A stretch of DNA of 44,586 nt from Novosphingobium sp. GTDB lineage: Bacteria > Pseudomonadota > Alphaproteobacteria > Sphingomonadales > Sphingomonadaceae. The DNA lies in assembly GCA_039928735.1 (NCBI GenBank), contig JBDSSP010000061.1, forward strand, positions 1 through 44,586, given 5' to 3'. This document shows, in pieces, positions 9,169 through 19,140 of this stretch. Positions within the stretch are counted from its first letter, which is position 1; the number at the start of each line of letters is the position of its first letter. A program made the translations under genes and the position numbers. The notes beneath the pieces are model-generated. The model made no database searches, was not told where the DNA came from, and saw only the letters and a program-made list of their open reading frames with translations.

Positions 9169-9780
9169 TCAATGATTCTGGGCTGTCAGGTCAATGAGAG
9201 GCCACGTTCCATACCGCTCGAAGCCAGCAATCCAATTTTCAAGAAGCTCTTCCACTTCAGAATGGCCGTCATTAAGACCAATCGCGCTGTCGCCGGCAAG
9301 AGCCTGGGAGATGCCGACGACCACAAGCCCGATGGCAACCGGAGGCACGACAGGCGTAAGTCCTCGTCTGTCCAACTCGGCTTGAATAGCGGCCGTGACC
9401 ATGGTTCGGATAAGTCTGGTGTACTCCTGAACGGCACAGCGAATTGGCTCGCTGCGGATGGCTAGAGCGATCAACTCGAACAATTGTGGTGCTATAGGAT
9501 TGGAGGGAGCCCAAAGAGTGCGCAATGGGAACTCCTCCTGAAGCATTCGGTCAACTTGGCCGCGCACTTCTTCACCGTCGCAGCGGATTACCTCGATCAG
9601 TAGTTCCTCGATGGTCCCGAAGTAATAATGGACGATGTGTCTTCCCAAGCCGATTTTTTGAGCAAGGCGCCCGGCGGTTACAGCCGTACAGCCTTCGTCT
9701 CGCATGATCTCACGCGCGCCCTGAATGAGCCTTGAGCGCACTTCCGACTGATGTGAGCCCTTGCGCCGCGATCCTGCCAT
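9169..9780 (-). CDS. TetR/AcrR-family transcriptional regulator
   Basis: N-terminal HTH LIQGAREIMRDEGCTAVTAGRLAQKIGLGRHIVHYYFGTIEEL. Confidence 0.9.
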   Translation of the reverse strand: MAGSRRKGSHQSEVRSRLIQGAREIMRDEGCTAVTAGRLAQKIGLGRHIVHYYFGTIEELLIEVIRCDGEEVRGQVDRMLQEEFPLRTLWAPSNPIAPQLFELIALAIRSEPIRCAVQEYTRLIRTMVTAAIQAELDRRGLTPVVPPVAIGLVVVGISQALAGDSAIGLNDGHSEVEELLENWIAGFERYGTWPLIDLTAQNH

Positions 9781-9891
9781 CTACGAACTCCCGATGTTGC
9801 TGGGCATTGGAAGAAGCAGATCGTCTGCCGTCCCTCAAGAGAATTCAGCCTTCTGTTCTGACCGCTCCATTTTCCAGTCGCTGACCCGCAA

Positions 9892-9944
9892 TTGACACCT
9901 GCACAGATTTTGCTATCAGGGTGAGAGGCTCTCATAGTGAGAGC
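9892..9944 (+). promoter_or_regulatory. Candidate sigma70 promoter with adjacent palindromic operator
   Basis: TTGACA at 9892-9897, weak -10 TATCAG at 9914; interlocked IRs TGAGAG-G-CTCTCA (9922-9934) and GCTCTCA-TAG-TGAGAGC (9928-9944) in the TetR/esterase divergent gap. Confidence 0.5.
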
Positions 9945-10061
9945 ACCAAAAATTTACAAACAAAATTAAGCTGGGAGAGCCGCTGAAATGAAGCGAATCG
10001 CATCGGAATTGCAAACCCGTGCAGTGAATCTGACCGCAATGGGCGGGCAGTCAGCGCTGGC

Positions 10062-11090
10062 ATGTGGCCGGCAGATCGGGAGCACGATGTGAATTATTCC
10101 ACGCCTCCAATGTCAGAAGGCGGCATCCTCGTCCCCGAGCATTTTGTCCCGACGCCCAAGACGATCAGCCCTCAGGCGCAGGCTTTCCTTGCCCACACGC
10201 CCTCGGTCGCCGTTCCCGAATTGCCCAAGTCGCGCGAGGATAATGAGGGCTGGGCGCGGTTCCGTGAGGCAAGCGAGCAAGGCATCCTGGCGATCACCGG
10301 AATCTACGCTGACCAATATCCCGCCAAGGTGGTCACCCACGAGCTTAGCGCATCAACGCTTTACGAAGTTGAACCGGAAAACCTCGCTCCAGAAAACGAA
10401 CATCGCGCGATCATCTACATTCATGGCGGCGGCTGGGTGACCGGAGGAGGTCAGGCGGCAATCCTCTCGGGAATGCAGATGGCTGCGCTGTCGCGAACAA
10501 GAGTCTTTTCAGTCGACTATCGACTGGTGCCCGAGGTGGCCTTTCCCAAGCCGGTGGAAGACTCCTTCGAAGCCTATCAATTCGTGCTGAAGCGCCATGC
10601 TGCAAATGCGATCGGAGTATTCGGAGCCTCAGCCGGCGCCAACCTCGCGCCTGCAATGGTGCTATCAGCGCGTGACCAAGGCACACCATTGCCTGCCGCA
10701 GTGGCTCTGCATTCGTGCCCATCGGAGGTCACCCTCAGCGGGGATTCGCTACACACAAATTTCATGGTTGACATCGTGCTGAAGCGACTGACGCCCGGCG
10801 CGCTTGAGCTTGGCCTCTACTATGCGAACGGACACGATCCGAGGGATCCGATCCTCTCGCCACTCTATGCGGATTTCTCCAGAGGATTTCCCCCGACAAT
10901 CCTGACTTCTGGCACGCGAGACCTGCTGCTTTCTCCCACGGTTCTGATGCACCGCGCGCTGCTTCGCGCTGGGATCACGGCCGAGCTCCATGTCTGGGAA
11001 GCCATGACGCACGCACCGTTCTTCAACGCCCCCGAGGAAGACCAACTCTATAACGAGCATGTCCGTTTCATGCTCTCACACATGGCCTGA
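10062..11090 (+). CDS. Alpha/beta hydrolase, HSL-family (family IV) esterase
   Basis: YIHGGGW oxyanion motif, VDYRL, GASAG nucleophile elbow, RDLL and MTH for the catalytic Asp/His; start uncertain (10062 or 10110). Confidence 0.92.
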   Translation: MWPADREHDVNYSTPPMSEGGILVPEHFVPTPKTISPQAQAFLAHTPSVAVPELPKSREDNEGWARFREASEQGILAITGIYADQYPAKVVTHELSASTLYEVEPENLAPENEHRAIIYIHGGGWVTGGGQAAILSGMQMAALSRTRVFSVDYRLVPEVAFPKPVEDSFEAYQFVLKRHAANAIGVFGASAGANLAPAMVLSARDQGTPLPAAVALHSCPSEVTLSGDSLHTNFMVDIVLKRLTPGALELGLYYANGHDPRDPILSPLYADFSRGFPPTILTSGTRDLLLSPTVLMHRALLRAGITAELHVWEAMTHAPFFNAPEEDQLYNEHVRFMLSHMA

Positions 11091-11107
11091 TAGAGGAGCA
11101 GTCTCGA

Positions 11108-11869
11108 ATGTCAGACGATTTTGAAGGCAAGGTTGCTCTCGTTACGGGTTCAGGTCGTGGCCTGGGGCGGGCCTGCGCGCAGATATTCGCCCGCGAAGGC
11201 GCCGCTGTCGTCGTCGTCGATCTTAATGCTGAGGACGGCGCGGAAACGGTACGCCTGATCGAGGGCGCAGGTGGCCGCGCCCAATTCGTCTCCGCCAACG
11301 TGGCATCCGAGAGTGAAGTGCGCAACATGGTCGAAGAAGCCAAGTCGGTGTTCGGCGGACTCGACTGCGCAGTCAACAACGCGGTCCGCTTCATTGGCCG
11401 CAATCCGCTTGCAGCCATTACCAAGGAAGATTGGGATCGCGCAACCGAGGTCAACATCACCGGCGTGTTCCTTTGCATGAAGTACGAAATCGAGGCGATG
11501 CTCATCCGTGGCGGCGGGGCAATCGTCAATGTCGGATCGGGTAATGAGCACAGCTCACAGCCGGGCCTTTCATGGTATCTTGCTGCGAAGCAGGCGATCT
11601 ACGCGATGACGAAGTGTGCCGCACTCGACTATGCAGCCTCGGGCATTCGCGTCAACGCCGTCGGCCCCGGCTCGATGTGGACGCCGCTGATGCGCCAGCA
11701 ATCGCAGGTCAATCCGCAGCACTTTGCCGAGCTAGAGCAGATGACCCCGCTCAAGCGCATTGCCCAACCGGAAGAGGTTGCAGAAGCGGCGGTCTGGCTG
11801 TGCAGTTCTAAAGCTTCATACGTTCTGGGCCATACGTTGCTGGCCGACGGCGGAGCAGTATTGGGATGA
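11108..11869 (+). CDS. Short-chain dehydrogenase/reductase
   Basis: [25 protein letters not shown] motifs. Confidence 0.94.
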   Translation: MSDDFEGKVALVTGSGRGLGRACAQIFAREGAAVVVVDLNAEDGAETVRLIEGAGGRAQFVSANVASESEVRNMVEEAKSVFGGLDCAVNNAVRFIGRNPLAAITKEDWDRATEVNITGVFLCMKYEIEAMLIRGGGAIVNVGSGNEHSSQPGLSWYLAAKQAIYAMTKCAALDYAASGIRVNAVGPGSMWTPLMRQQSQVNPQHFAELEQMTPLKRIAQPEEVAEAAVWLCSSKASYVLGHTLLADGGAVLG

Positions 11870-13533
11870 GCGCGTCCGAACTTGCGCGGAGGGATCGACG
11901 CCTGGCTCCGGATTTGCGCCTGAGCCATTCGACCGGGCCGAAGTTTCCTCCGCTTCTGGATGTGACGATCGGTGAAGCGCTGAAGGACGCAGTTCGCCAG
12001 TCGGGTGCGGGTTCGGCGCTGATCGTGCCCACGCAGTCCGTACAATGGACCTGGGCCGAGCTCGATGCCCGCGTCGATGCCTTGGCCACGGGTCTCATCC
12101 GGCTTGGGCTCGAGCGCGGCGATCGCCTGGCGATCTGGGCGCCGAACTGCTGGGAATGGACCGTGACGCAGTTCGCCAGCGCGCGGGTCGGCATCGTGCT
12201 CGTCAACATCAATCCCGCTTATCGTCTCGCCGAGGCGGAATACGCGCTCAATCTTGTCGGCTGTCGCGCGGTCATTTGCGCGCCCCGCTACAAGACCAGC
12301 GACTACATCGGCATGCTCAGGGAGCTCAGGGCCGAACGTCTGCCGCTGATCGAGACGATGATCTGCCTTGGCGACGATCCCTTGGACGGATTCCTGCCCT
12401 TCTCCTCGCTGTTAACTGAAACCAGTCTTGCCGAGATCGAGGCCATTGCCGCGCAGCTCGGTTGCAATGACCCGATCAACATCCAGTTCACCAGCGGAAC
12501 GACCGGCGCACCCAAGGGTGCGACCCTGACGCACCGCAACATCCTCAACAATGGCTACTTCGTCGGCGCGCAGATTGGATTAGGTCCAGAAGACCGCGTC
12601 TGCATTCCGGTACCGCTCTACCACTGCTTCGGCATGGTCATGGGCAACCTGGCTTGCCTCACTCATCACGCAGCGATGGTCTACCCCAGCGAGGCATTTG
12701 ATCCAGGCCGGGTCCTGGCGGCTGTCGAGGCAGCGAAGTGCACGGCGCTTTACGGCGTGCCGACGATGTTCATCGCGACGCTCGATCATCCGGATTTCTC
12801 AAAGTTCGATCTGCGTTCGCTGCGCACCGGCATCATGGCCGGATCGCCCTGCCCCGAAGCGGTCATGAAGGATGTCATCGGTCGGTTGCACATGCCGGAA
12901 GTGACTATCGCCTATGGCATGACCGAGACGAGCCCCGTCAGCACCCAGACCAGCCGCGACGATACGCTTGAGCAGCGCGCGGCGACGGTCGGACGGGTCC
13001 AGCCGCACCTCGAGGTCAAGATCGTCGATGCCGGTGGTCATACCGTGCATGTGGGCGAGGATGGCGAGATCTGCACGCGCGGATATTCGGTCATGCGCGG
13101 CTATTGGGATGATCCGGCCCGCACGGCAGAAGCGATCGACGGGGACGGCTGGATGCACACCGGCGATATCGGCACGATGGACTCCGACGGCTTCTGCCGA
13201 GTCACCGGGCGCCTCACGGACATGCTCATCCGCGGGGGCGAGAACATCTACCCCCGCGAGATTGAGGAATACCTGATGCGCCACCCCGCCGTGGCAGACG
13301 TGCAGGTGGTCGGCGTACGGGACGAGAAGTTCGGCGAGGAAGTTTGCGCCTGCATCCGCCTGAAGTCCGGCCAACACCTCACCGCGGGAGCAATCAACGA
13401 ATTCTGCAAGGAGCAGATCGCGCACTACAAAGTCCCGCGTCATGCCATCTTTATGGATGAATTTCCGCTTACCGTCACCGGTAAGGTAAAAAAGTATGTA
13501 TTGAGAGAAATGGTATCAAATATGGTTAGATGA
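11866..13533 (+). CDS. AMP-forming fatty acyl-CoA synthetase (ACSF2-like)
   Basis: [32 protein letters not shown]; ATGA overlap with the SDR gene. Confidence 0.93.
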   Translation: MSASELARRDRRLAPDLRLSHSTGPKFPPLLDVTIGEALKDAVRQSGAGSALIVPTQSVQWTWAELDARVDALATGLIRLGLERGDRLAIWAPNCWEWTVTQFASARVGIVLVNINPAYRLAEAEYALNLVGCRAVICAPRYKTSDYIGMLRELRAERLPLIETMICLGDDPLDGFLPFSSLLTETSLAEIEAIAAQLGCNDPINIQFTSGTTGAPKGATLTHRNILNNGYFVGAQIGLGPEDRVCIPVPLYHCFGMVMGNLACLTHHAAMVYPSEAFDPGRVLAAVEAAKCTALYGVPTMFIATLDHPDFSKFDLRSLRTGIMAGSPCPEAVMKDVIGRLHMPEVTIAYGMTETSPVSTQTSRDDTLEQRAATVGRVQPHLEVKIVDAGGHTVHVGEDGEICTRGYSVMRGYWDDPARTAEAIDGDGWMHTGDIGTMDSDGFCRVTGRLTDMLIRGGENIYPREIEEYLMRHPAVADVQVVGVRDEKFGEEVCACIRLKSGQHLTAGAINEFCKEQIAHYKVPRHAIFMDEFPLTVTGKVKKYVLREMVSNMVR

Positions 13534-13688
13534 TATGTAATAACGGGAATCACGAATTTTAATATACATTTACTATTTTTTATTTCAAAAATTGCGGATG
13601 TTTTTGAAGAATATTAAAAGCGTACGAATCAGACTCCGGAGGCTTCGACACTTAGGAGGAACTTCCGGAACATCATGGGGAGAATATT

Positions 13689-16487
13689 ATGATTTCGCAA
13701 AATTACCGTGCTGCCAAATCAATTGGCTATCGCAGTGGAGTTGGCTTGGCTGGGCTTGCCATGTCGCTGGCTTTCCCGGTGATCGCCCATGCACAAAATG
13801 CGGCGGACAACGTCAATGCCAAGGACATGTCCGAGATCGTCGTCACCGGCACCCTGATCCGCGGAAAGACACCGGTTGGATCGCAGGCGATCACGCTGGG
13901 TGAGCGAAAGCTGGAAGAAACCGCGGCGCAGTCGTCGAACGAACTGCTGGCTTCAATTCCGCAGGTCACCAACTACTTCAACAAGGTTCCGGCCGCCGAT
14001 CTCGCCATCGCCGTCAACCAGATCCAGATCTCGCGTCCGAACATCCGCAACATCTCGGGAACGAACTCGGCCAGCTCGGCTACGTTGATCCTCGTTGACG
14101 GCCACCGCGTCGCGACGGCGGGCGTCAATCAGGCGTCGGTTGATCCCGATCTCATCCCGATTGGCGCGATTGAACGCGTGGAAGTTGTAACCGAAGGCGG
14201 TTCGGCCACCTATGGTGCCGATGCAGTTGCCGGCACGATCAACTTCATTACTCACAGGCGGTTCGATGGCGTGAAGGTTGATGCGCACTATGGCACGGCC
14301 AGCCCCTATTGGCAGTGGGATGCCTCGGCCACTGCGGGCAAGATGTGGGATTTCGGCTCGTTCTGGGTGTCCTATTCCTATGCCAAGAGCAGCGCACTCT
14401 TCGGGCGTGATCGCAGCTACCTCCATTTCCTGAACTATTCAGCGCTGCCCTATGTCGGGAATGACACGAACTGCCCTGTGCCCACCACATCGGTTGCCAC
14501 GAAGGATACTATCAATGGCACATTGTATAATGTGTCGACGCCCATCAGCACCAGCCATTGCGACAACAGCCAGAATGCGGCCACGGTGCCAGAGGCTGAG
14601 CGTCATGGCGCGATGGCCGGCTTCAGTCAGGACATCGGCAGCCGGACCTCGATTGATATCCGTGCGTACTACAGCCAACGGAAGACTCATGCTTCCGGGG
14701 ACTTCGCAGCTTCTGTCCCGCTCAACAGCAATAACCCCTATGCGTCGTCTTTGGCGCTCCCGGCGGGAACTACAGTTGGCCCAGGCCTCGTAACCTTCTT
14801 CTTCGCGCCACTTGGCAGAAACATCACTGTCCCCACGAACACGTCCGCCCAGGTCGGGTTCAACCTGAGCCCCTTGCTCGGCCCGAGCGCGGCAAGATCG
14901 GACGTGCTGATCAAGGAGTGGGGCGTCAACGGCGAACTCAAGCATCAGTTTGGCGACAACTGGGAAGTTCGCGCCCTGGTTAACTGGAGCGAATCCCGCA
15001 GCGGCTATGAGCTGGTCAGGCTCAACACAACACGCCTGAATGCGGCAAGTGCGCCCAGTGCTCCGGCCACGACGTCTACTGCTTTCAACCCGATCAACGT
15101 GGTCAACAACAATTCTGCTCTGGTCGCTGACCTGATCGACAACGAAATCGCAGGACAAACCAAAGACTCTGTCTTGAATCTGCGCCTCATTGCTGAAGGC
15201 AAATTGTTGGATCTGCCGGGTGGAGATGCCCGCATGGCGCTTGGCGCTGAATATTTTCATGATGACCTCGGACTCCGTCGTGCCAGTGACATCCGTGTCG
15301 GTGCGCTCAATGCATTACCGTTTACTGTCTACGGGCGCGATGTGAAATCGCTCTTCGGCGAATTGCAGTTGCCGCTGATTGCCAGTTCGAATGGCGGCTC
15401 GATGCTGACTGTTTCGGTTTCGGGACGGTACGATCACTATTCCGATTTTGGCAGCACGACCAATCCAAAGATCGGCGTAACCTTCAAGCCCGTCAGCTGG
15501 TTCACCTTGCGCGGGAATTGGGGCAAGTCTTTCACGGCTCCGACTCCGCTCGATATGCTTCAGTCCACGAACAGCACATTCAGCGCATTTGGTATCGTAG
15601 CTTTCAAGGATAGCGCCCACCCGGACGTTACGAACGGCCAAACTATCGCGTTGCAGGGATCGCAGGCCGGGCTTCAGCCTCAGAAGGCCACGACATGGTC
15701 GGTCGGGGTCGATCTACAGCCCGTCTCGGAGCTGAAAGTCAACGTCAATTACTATGATGTGAACTTCACCAACATCCTCCAGACGCCGACCGCCGGCGCC
15801 ACCATCTTCTCTAATTACCCTGACAACATCCTCTACGCATCGTCACTGAACTCGGCACAGGTCAACGCTTTCTACGCAGCGAAGGGGCCGTTTACTGCAA
15901 GTCAACAGGCGCAGCTGGCCACAGCGATAACATCCGTTGGCACCAATCCGATTGTAGAAGTGATCGATTTCCGTACTGGCAATTTCGGAATTCTGCATGT
16001 CAAGGGATTGGATTTTAACGTCAACTATCGTCACAATACTGGCTTTGGCGGGTTCGATCTTGCTGTTTCCGGCAACCATCAATTCTCACGCAAGGGGCAG
16101 GTCAGCCCGACTGCGCCGGTAGCGGAAGATAATAGCGGAGAATTCCCCCGGTGGTTCCTGCAAGCCAGCGCAGGGATCGACTTCGGCAAGCTCCGTGCCC
16201 AGGCGAGCTGGAATTTTAACGGCGGCTACAATTTAGGAGCCCCCCTTGTCGCTGCACCGGCGAACCAGATCGCTGTCGGTTCGTTCAGCACGGTCAACCT
16301 GTTTTTCAAATATGACGTTCCCGGTGACAGCGGAATTCTCAAGGACCTGAGCTTCACTGTCAACGTCAACAATGTGTTTAATAGTGCGCCGCCGGTGTAC
16401 CTGGGCAACACCCCTGGGAACCAGGGCTATGCCAACGGCTTTACCTTGGGCCGACTGTTCAACTTCGGTGTGTCGAAGAAGTTCTGA
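13689..16487 (+). CDS. TonB-dependent outer-membrane receptor
   Basis: Signal peptide ending AHA; EIVVTG; plug motifs TLILVDGHR and IERVEVVTEGGSATYGADAVAGTINFIT; VNNVFN; terminal Phe. Confidence 0.95.
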   Translation: MISQNYRAAKSIGYRSGVGLAGLAMSLAFPVIAHAQNAADNVNAKDMSEIVVTGTLIRGKTPVGSQAITLGERKLEETAAQSSNELLASIPQVTNYFNKVPAADLAIAVNQIQISRPNIRNISGTNSASSATLILVDGHRVATAGVNQASVDPDLIPIGAIERVEVVTEGGSATYGADAVAGTINFITHRRFDGVKVDAHYGTASPYWQWDASATAGKMWDFGSFWVSYSYAKSSALFGRDRSYLHFLNYSALPYVGNDTNCPVPTTSVATKDTINGTLYNVSTPISTSHCDNSQNAATVPEAERHGAMAGFSQDIGSRTSIDIRAYYSQRKTHASGDFAASVPLNSNNPYASSLALPAGTTVGPGLVTFFFAPLGRNITVPTNTSAQVGFNLSPLLGPSAARSDVLIKEWGVNGELKHQFGDNWEVRALVNWSESRSGYELVRLNTTRLNAASAPSAPATTSTAFNPINVVNNNSALVADLIDNEIAGQTKDSVLNLRLIAEGKLLDLPGGDARMALGAEYFHDDLGLRRASDIRVGALNALPFTVYGRDVKSLFGELQLPLIASSNGGSMLTVSVSGRYDHYSDFGSTTNPKIGVTFKPVSWFTLRGNWGKSFTAPTPLDMLQSTNSTFSAFGIVAFKDSAHPDVTNGQTIALQGSQAGLQPQKATTWSVGVDLQPVSELKVNVNYYDVNFTNILQTPTAGATIFSNYPDNILYASSLNSAQVNAFYAAKGPFTASQQAQLATAITSVGTNPIVEVIDFRTGNFGILHVKGLDFNVNYRHNTGFGGFDLAVSGNHQFSRKGQVSPTAPVAEDNSGEFPRWFLQASAGIDFGKLRAQASWNFNGGYNLGAPLVAAPANQIAVGSFSTVNLFFKYDVPGDSGILKDLSFTVNVNNVFNSAPPVYLGNTPGNQGYANGFTLGRLFNFGVSKKF

Positions 16488-16513
16488 GGGGCAGCACCTA
16501 GCGGCCAATCGGG

Positions 16514-16557
16514 CGGCCCGGCTATTGTCCTCCCAGGGATGGCCGGGCCGTTATTTT
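16514..16557 (+). terminator. Rho-independent terminator after the TonB receptor
   Basis: Stem CGGCCCGGC(16514-16522)/GCCGGGCCG(16542-16550) followed by TTATTTT. Confidence 0.7.
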
Positions 16558-16798
16558 CGAGAAAGAAGCGCCTGCAGTGCTTTCGTGTGCGGCCTACTTA
16601 TTCATCCACTGACTGCCCTCGCATCGCCACGCTTCATAGAGCTAAATGACATTAGACCTCGCTTTGCTCAATTCGGCTTCAACCACGGATTGAGAGTCAA
16701 GTCGCTTGGGCCGAGTGGTTCAACATAGGCAGTGTCTAGAGGTCTGCAGCGTATCGATTGAAACGCCAGTTCCGTCCGGACGTAGGCGCATAACCATC

Positions 16799-17113
16799 CT
16801 AAGTCGCGATTTCAATCCAGTCGTCGATGATGCGAACTTGGTAGGTTGCGATCGGCGCTTTGGCAGGCGGATTCTTGGCTGCCCCAGTTGCCAGATCGAA
16901 ACGCGCGCCGTGTATCGGACAGGCGATCCAGCCATTCGACATGCGGCCACATTGCAGCTTTTCGTCGGCGTGGGAGCAGATGTTCGAAACAGCAAAGATT
17001 CGGTCGTTTGAGTTACAAAGCAGGATTGACCGACCGGACCGCTCGATGACCACTTTGGTCCCTCGAGGAAGGACAGCGGCCGGAAGAGCCCGCGCAAAAG
17101 TGACTGTGATCAT
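16799..17113 (-). CDS. Rieske-type [2Fe-2S] ferredoxin
   Basis: CSH...CPIHGARFDLATG motif; about 104 aa from ATG 17113. Confidence 0.92.
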   Translation of the reverse strand: MITVTFARALPAAVLPRGTKVVIERSGRSILLCNSNDRIFAVSNICSHADEKLQCGRMSNGWIACPIHGARFDLATGAAKNPPAKAPIATYQVRIIDDWIEIAT

Positions 17114-17312
17114 TGGGTTCGGCATTCCTGCAAGTGAGCGCAATGGAAGCACCTAGCATGACCGCGCAGCCACCGGATGACGGTTCGTGCAGTAAGGTTT
17201 GACTGGTCAGGGTGGCACCTTCACTTGTCGCTAATTGCACTCCACCCGCATGTGCCTTGTCGCGCCAGAATGCTCAGCGCAGAAGGTCGATACCTAAATT
17301 GGGAGTGACACA

Positions 17313-19127
17313 ATGTCGTACGAGTTGAACCGGAGGCTTGCCGCCCGGCGACACCCATTGCCAACGACTGTTAATGTCGATCCGGTCACCGCCGGAATCA
17401 TTCGCGGCGCATTCGAGACTGTTTGCTACGAGGCCGCGACCCACTTGGGGCGCGCCGCTTCCTCACCAATCATCAACCAGTCGAATGAGCGCAACGGCAG
17501 TATCGTTGATGCGCACGGGCGGTTGGCAGCAGTCTCGATCGGTACGCCGCACCTCCTGTTCATCTCGCAATTGACGGTGCGCTACGGACTTGAGAATTTT
17601 GACAATTACGACTGGGGGCCAGGCGACGTTTTCCTTGGTAACGATCCCGATTACGGGGGCGGGCATTTGCCTGACTATAACGTATATGCGCCGGTTTTCG
17701 ACGAAAACGGTGAATTGGTGCTCATCCAAGCCTTGCAAGCCCATCAGGGTGACACTGGCGGCAAGGATCCCGGCGGGTTTACGCTCGAGGCAACTGACAT
17801 CTTCACTGAAGGCCTCGCGATTCCGTGCCTAAAGCTCGTGCATCGCGGGGAGAAGCGACGCGATGTCATCAAACTGCTCGAACGCAATAACCGCTTCGCG
17901 ACATTTGCGGGCGACCTGGCAGCGATGATCGGCGCGGTGCAGCATTGCGTACGGCTGCTGGAGGGTGTGTTGCAAAAGTGGAGTGCCGACACCGTCCGCG
18001 CGGCAATCAACCACAATATCGCCCAAACGGAACAGCGCTTCCGCGAGGAAATCTCTCGCTGGAAGGACGGCGTCTACCCCGCAACTGTATTTATCGATCA
18101 CGACACTCTTGGGACCAAGGACGTGAAAGTTCAAGTCACCTGCACCGTGAAGGGCGATCACCTGACAGTCGATCTAACAGGGACCGACGATCGCCAAAAT
18201 CTGGTCGGCGTGTGGAACACATTTGCTAACAGCCGCGGCTATGTGATGACGCAGCTTGCCTCAGCGATCCACCCGTCGATCATTAAGAACGAGGGGCTAT
18301 TCCACGCGGTCGACATCGTGATCCCTGAGGGCTGTATCGCGCAGCCGCCGCCCAACAAACCGGCGGCGCTCGGCTCTTTCCATCCGGCCTGCGAGATCAC
18401 TGAGGCGGTTTGCGTCGCACTATCCCAAGTGGTGCCCGAACGGTCGGCACCACAGGTTTACAAGATCGGAATGCCTAATTCAGTAATCGGGTTCGACAAG
18501 AACGGCATGATGTGGATGGACCAAGGCGTCGAGGCGCGAACAACAGACGTATCGGCGGTGCAAGGGATCGACGGTTGGGGCTCTAGCCCGGCGGCACTGG
18601 GCAACCTGCTGCTCTCCGAGGCAGAGGATTCAGAAAGTCGCTTTCCGATCCTGAATTTAAGTCGCGAGATGGAAATCGATACCGAAGGCCCCGGGCGCTG
18701 GCGCGGCCAGCCCGGCAGCCTCAATGTCAAAAAAGTTCTGGAGCCGGTGACAGCCATGGCATGGATGGTGTCTTCCGCTCATCCGCTGAGCGGGCTGCGC
18801 GGCGGGGGCGATGCCTGTTCCTATTCCAATCATTTCGAAGTTGGCACGCCCAACGAGTACAAAATTGATCTGACTGCTCAGGCACAGCTACCGACTGGTG
18901 CGGTGATTGCGTATCAACACGGCGGCGGCGCTGGCTTCGAGCCCGCGATCCTGCGCGATCCCGAAGCGGTGAGGGATGACGTACTCGACGAAATTGTCAG
19001 CGTCGCGGCCGCGCAGCGCCGGTACGGCGTTGTGTTTACGGGTTCGCTCGAAGACTACGATCTGGCGGTCGATGTGGCAGCCACCGAAACACTTAGACAG
19101 GAAATGTGCGGGGCAAGCGCAGCATAA
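17313..19127 (+). CDS. Hydantoinase B/oxoprolinase-family protein (metal-binding subunit)
   Basis: NDPDYGGGHLPD, HQGDTGG, EGLAIP, GPGRWRG and GGGAGF motifs. Confidence 0.92.
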   Translation: MSYELNRRLAARRHPLPTTVNVDPVTAGIIRGAFETVCYEAATHLGRAASSPIINQSNERNGSIVDAHGRLAAVSIGTPHLLFISQLTVRYGLENFDNYDWGPGDVFLGNDPDYGGGHLPDYNVYAPVFDENGELVLIQALQAHQGDTGGKDPGGFTLEATDIFTEGLAIPCLKLVHRGEKRRDVIKLLERNNRFATFAGDLAAMIGAVQHCVRLLEGVLQKWSADTVRAAINHNIAQTEQRFREEISRWKDGVYPATVFIDHDTLGTKDVKVQVTCTVKGDHLTVDLTGTDDRQNLVGVWNTFANSRGYVMTQLASAIHPSIIKNEGLFHAVDIVIPEGCIAQPPPNKPAALGSFHPACEITEAVCVALSQVVPERSAPQVYKIGMPNSVIGFDKNGMMWMDQGVEARTTDVSAVQGIDGWGSSPAALGNLLLSEAEDSESRFPILNLSREMEIDTEGPGRWRGQPGSLNVKKVLEPVTAMAWMVSSAHPLSGLRGGGDACSYSNHFEVGTPNEYKIDLTAQAQLPTGAVIAYQHGGGAGFEPAILRDPEAVRDDVLDEIVSVAAAQRRYGVVFTGSLEDYDLAVDVAATETLRQEMCGASAA

Positions 19128-19140
19128 CTGGGACGAGCGA

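Noticed and set aside
16560-16798. Possible gene remnant between the terminator and the Rieske ferredoxin
   Set aside because: Short open stretches on the minus strand but no motif I can assign.
18976-19140. N-terminal extension of hydantoinase A
   Set aside because: Overlaps the hydantoinase B gene; the family motif begins at MNYRIGIDIGG (19141).
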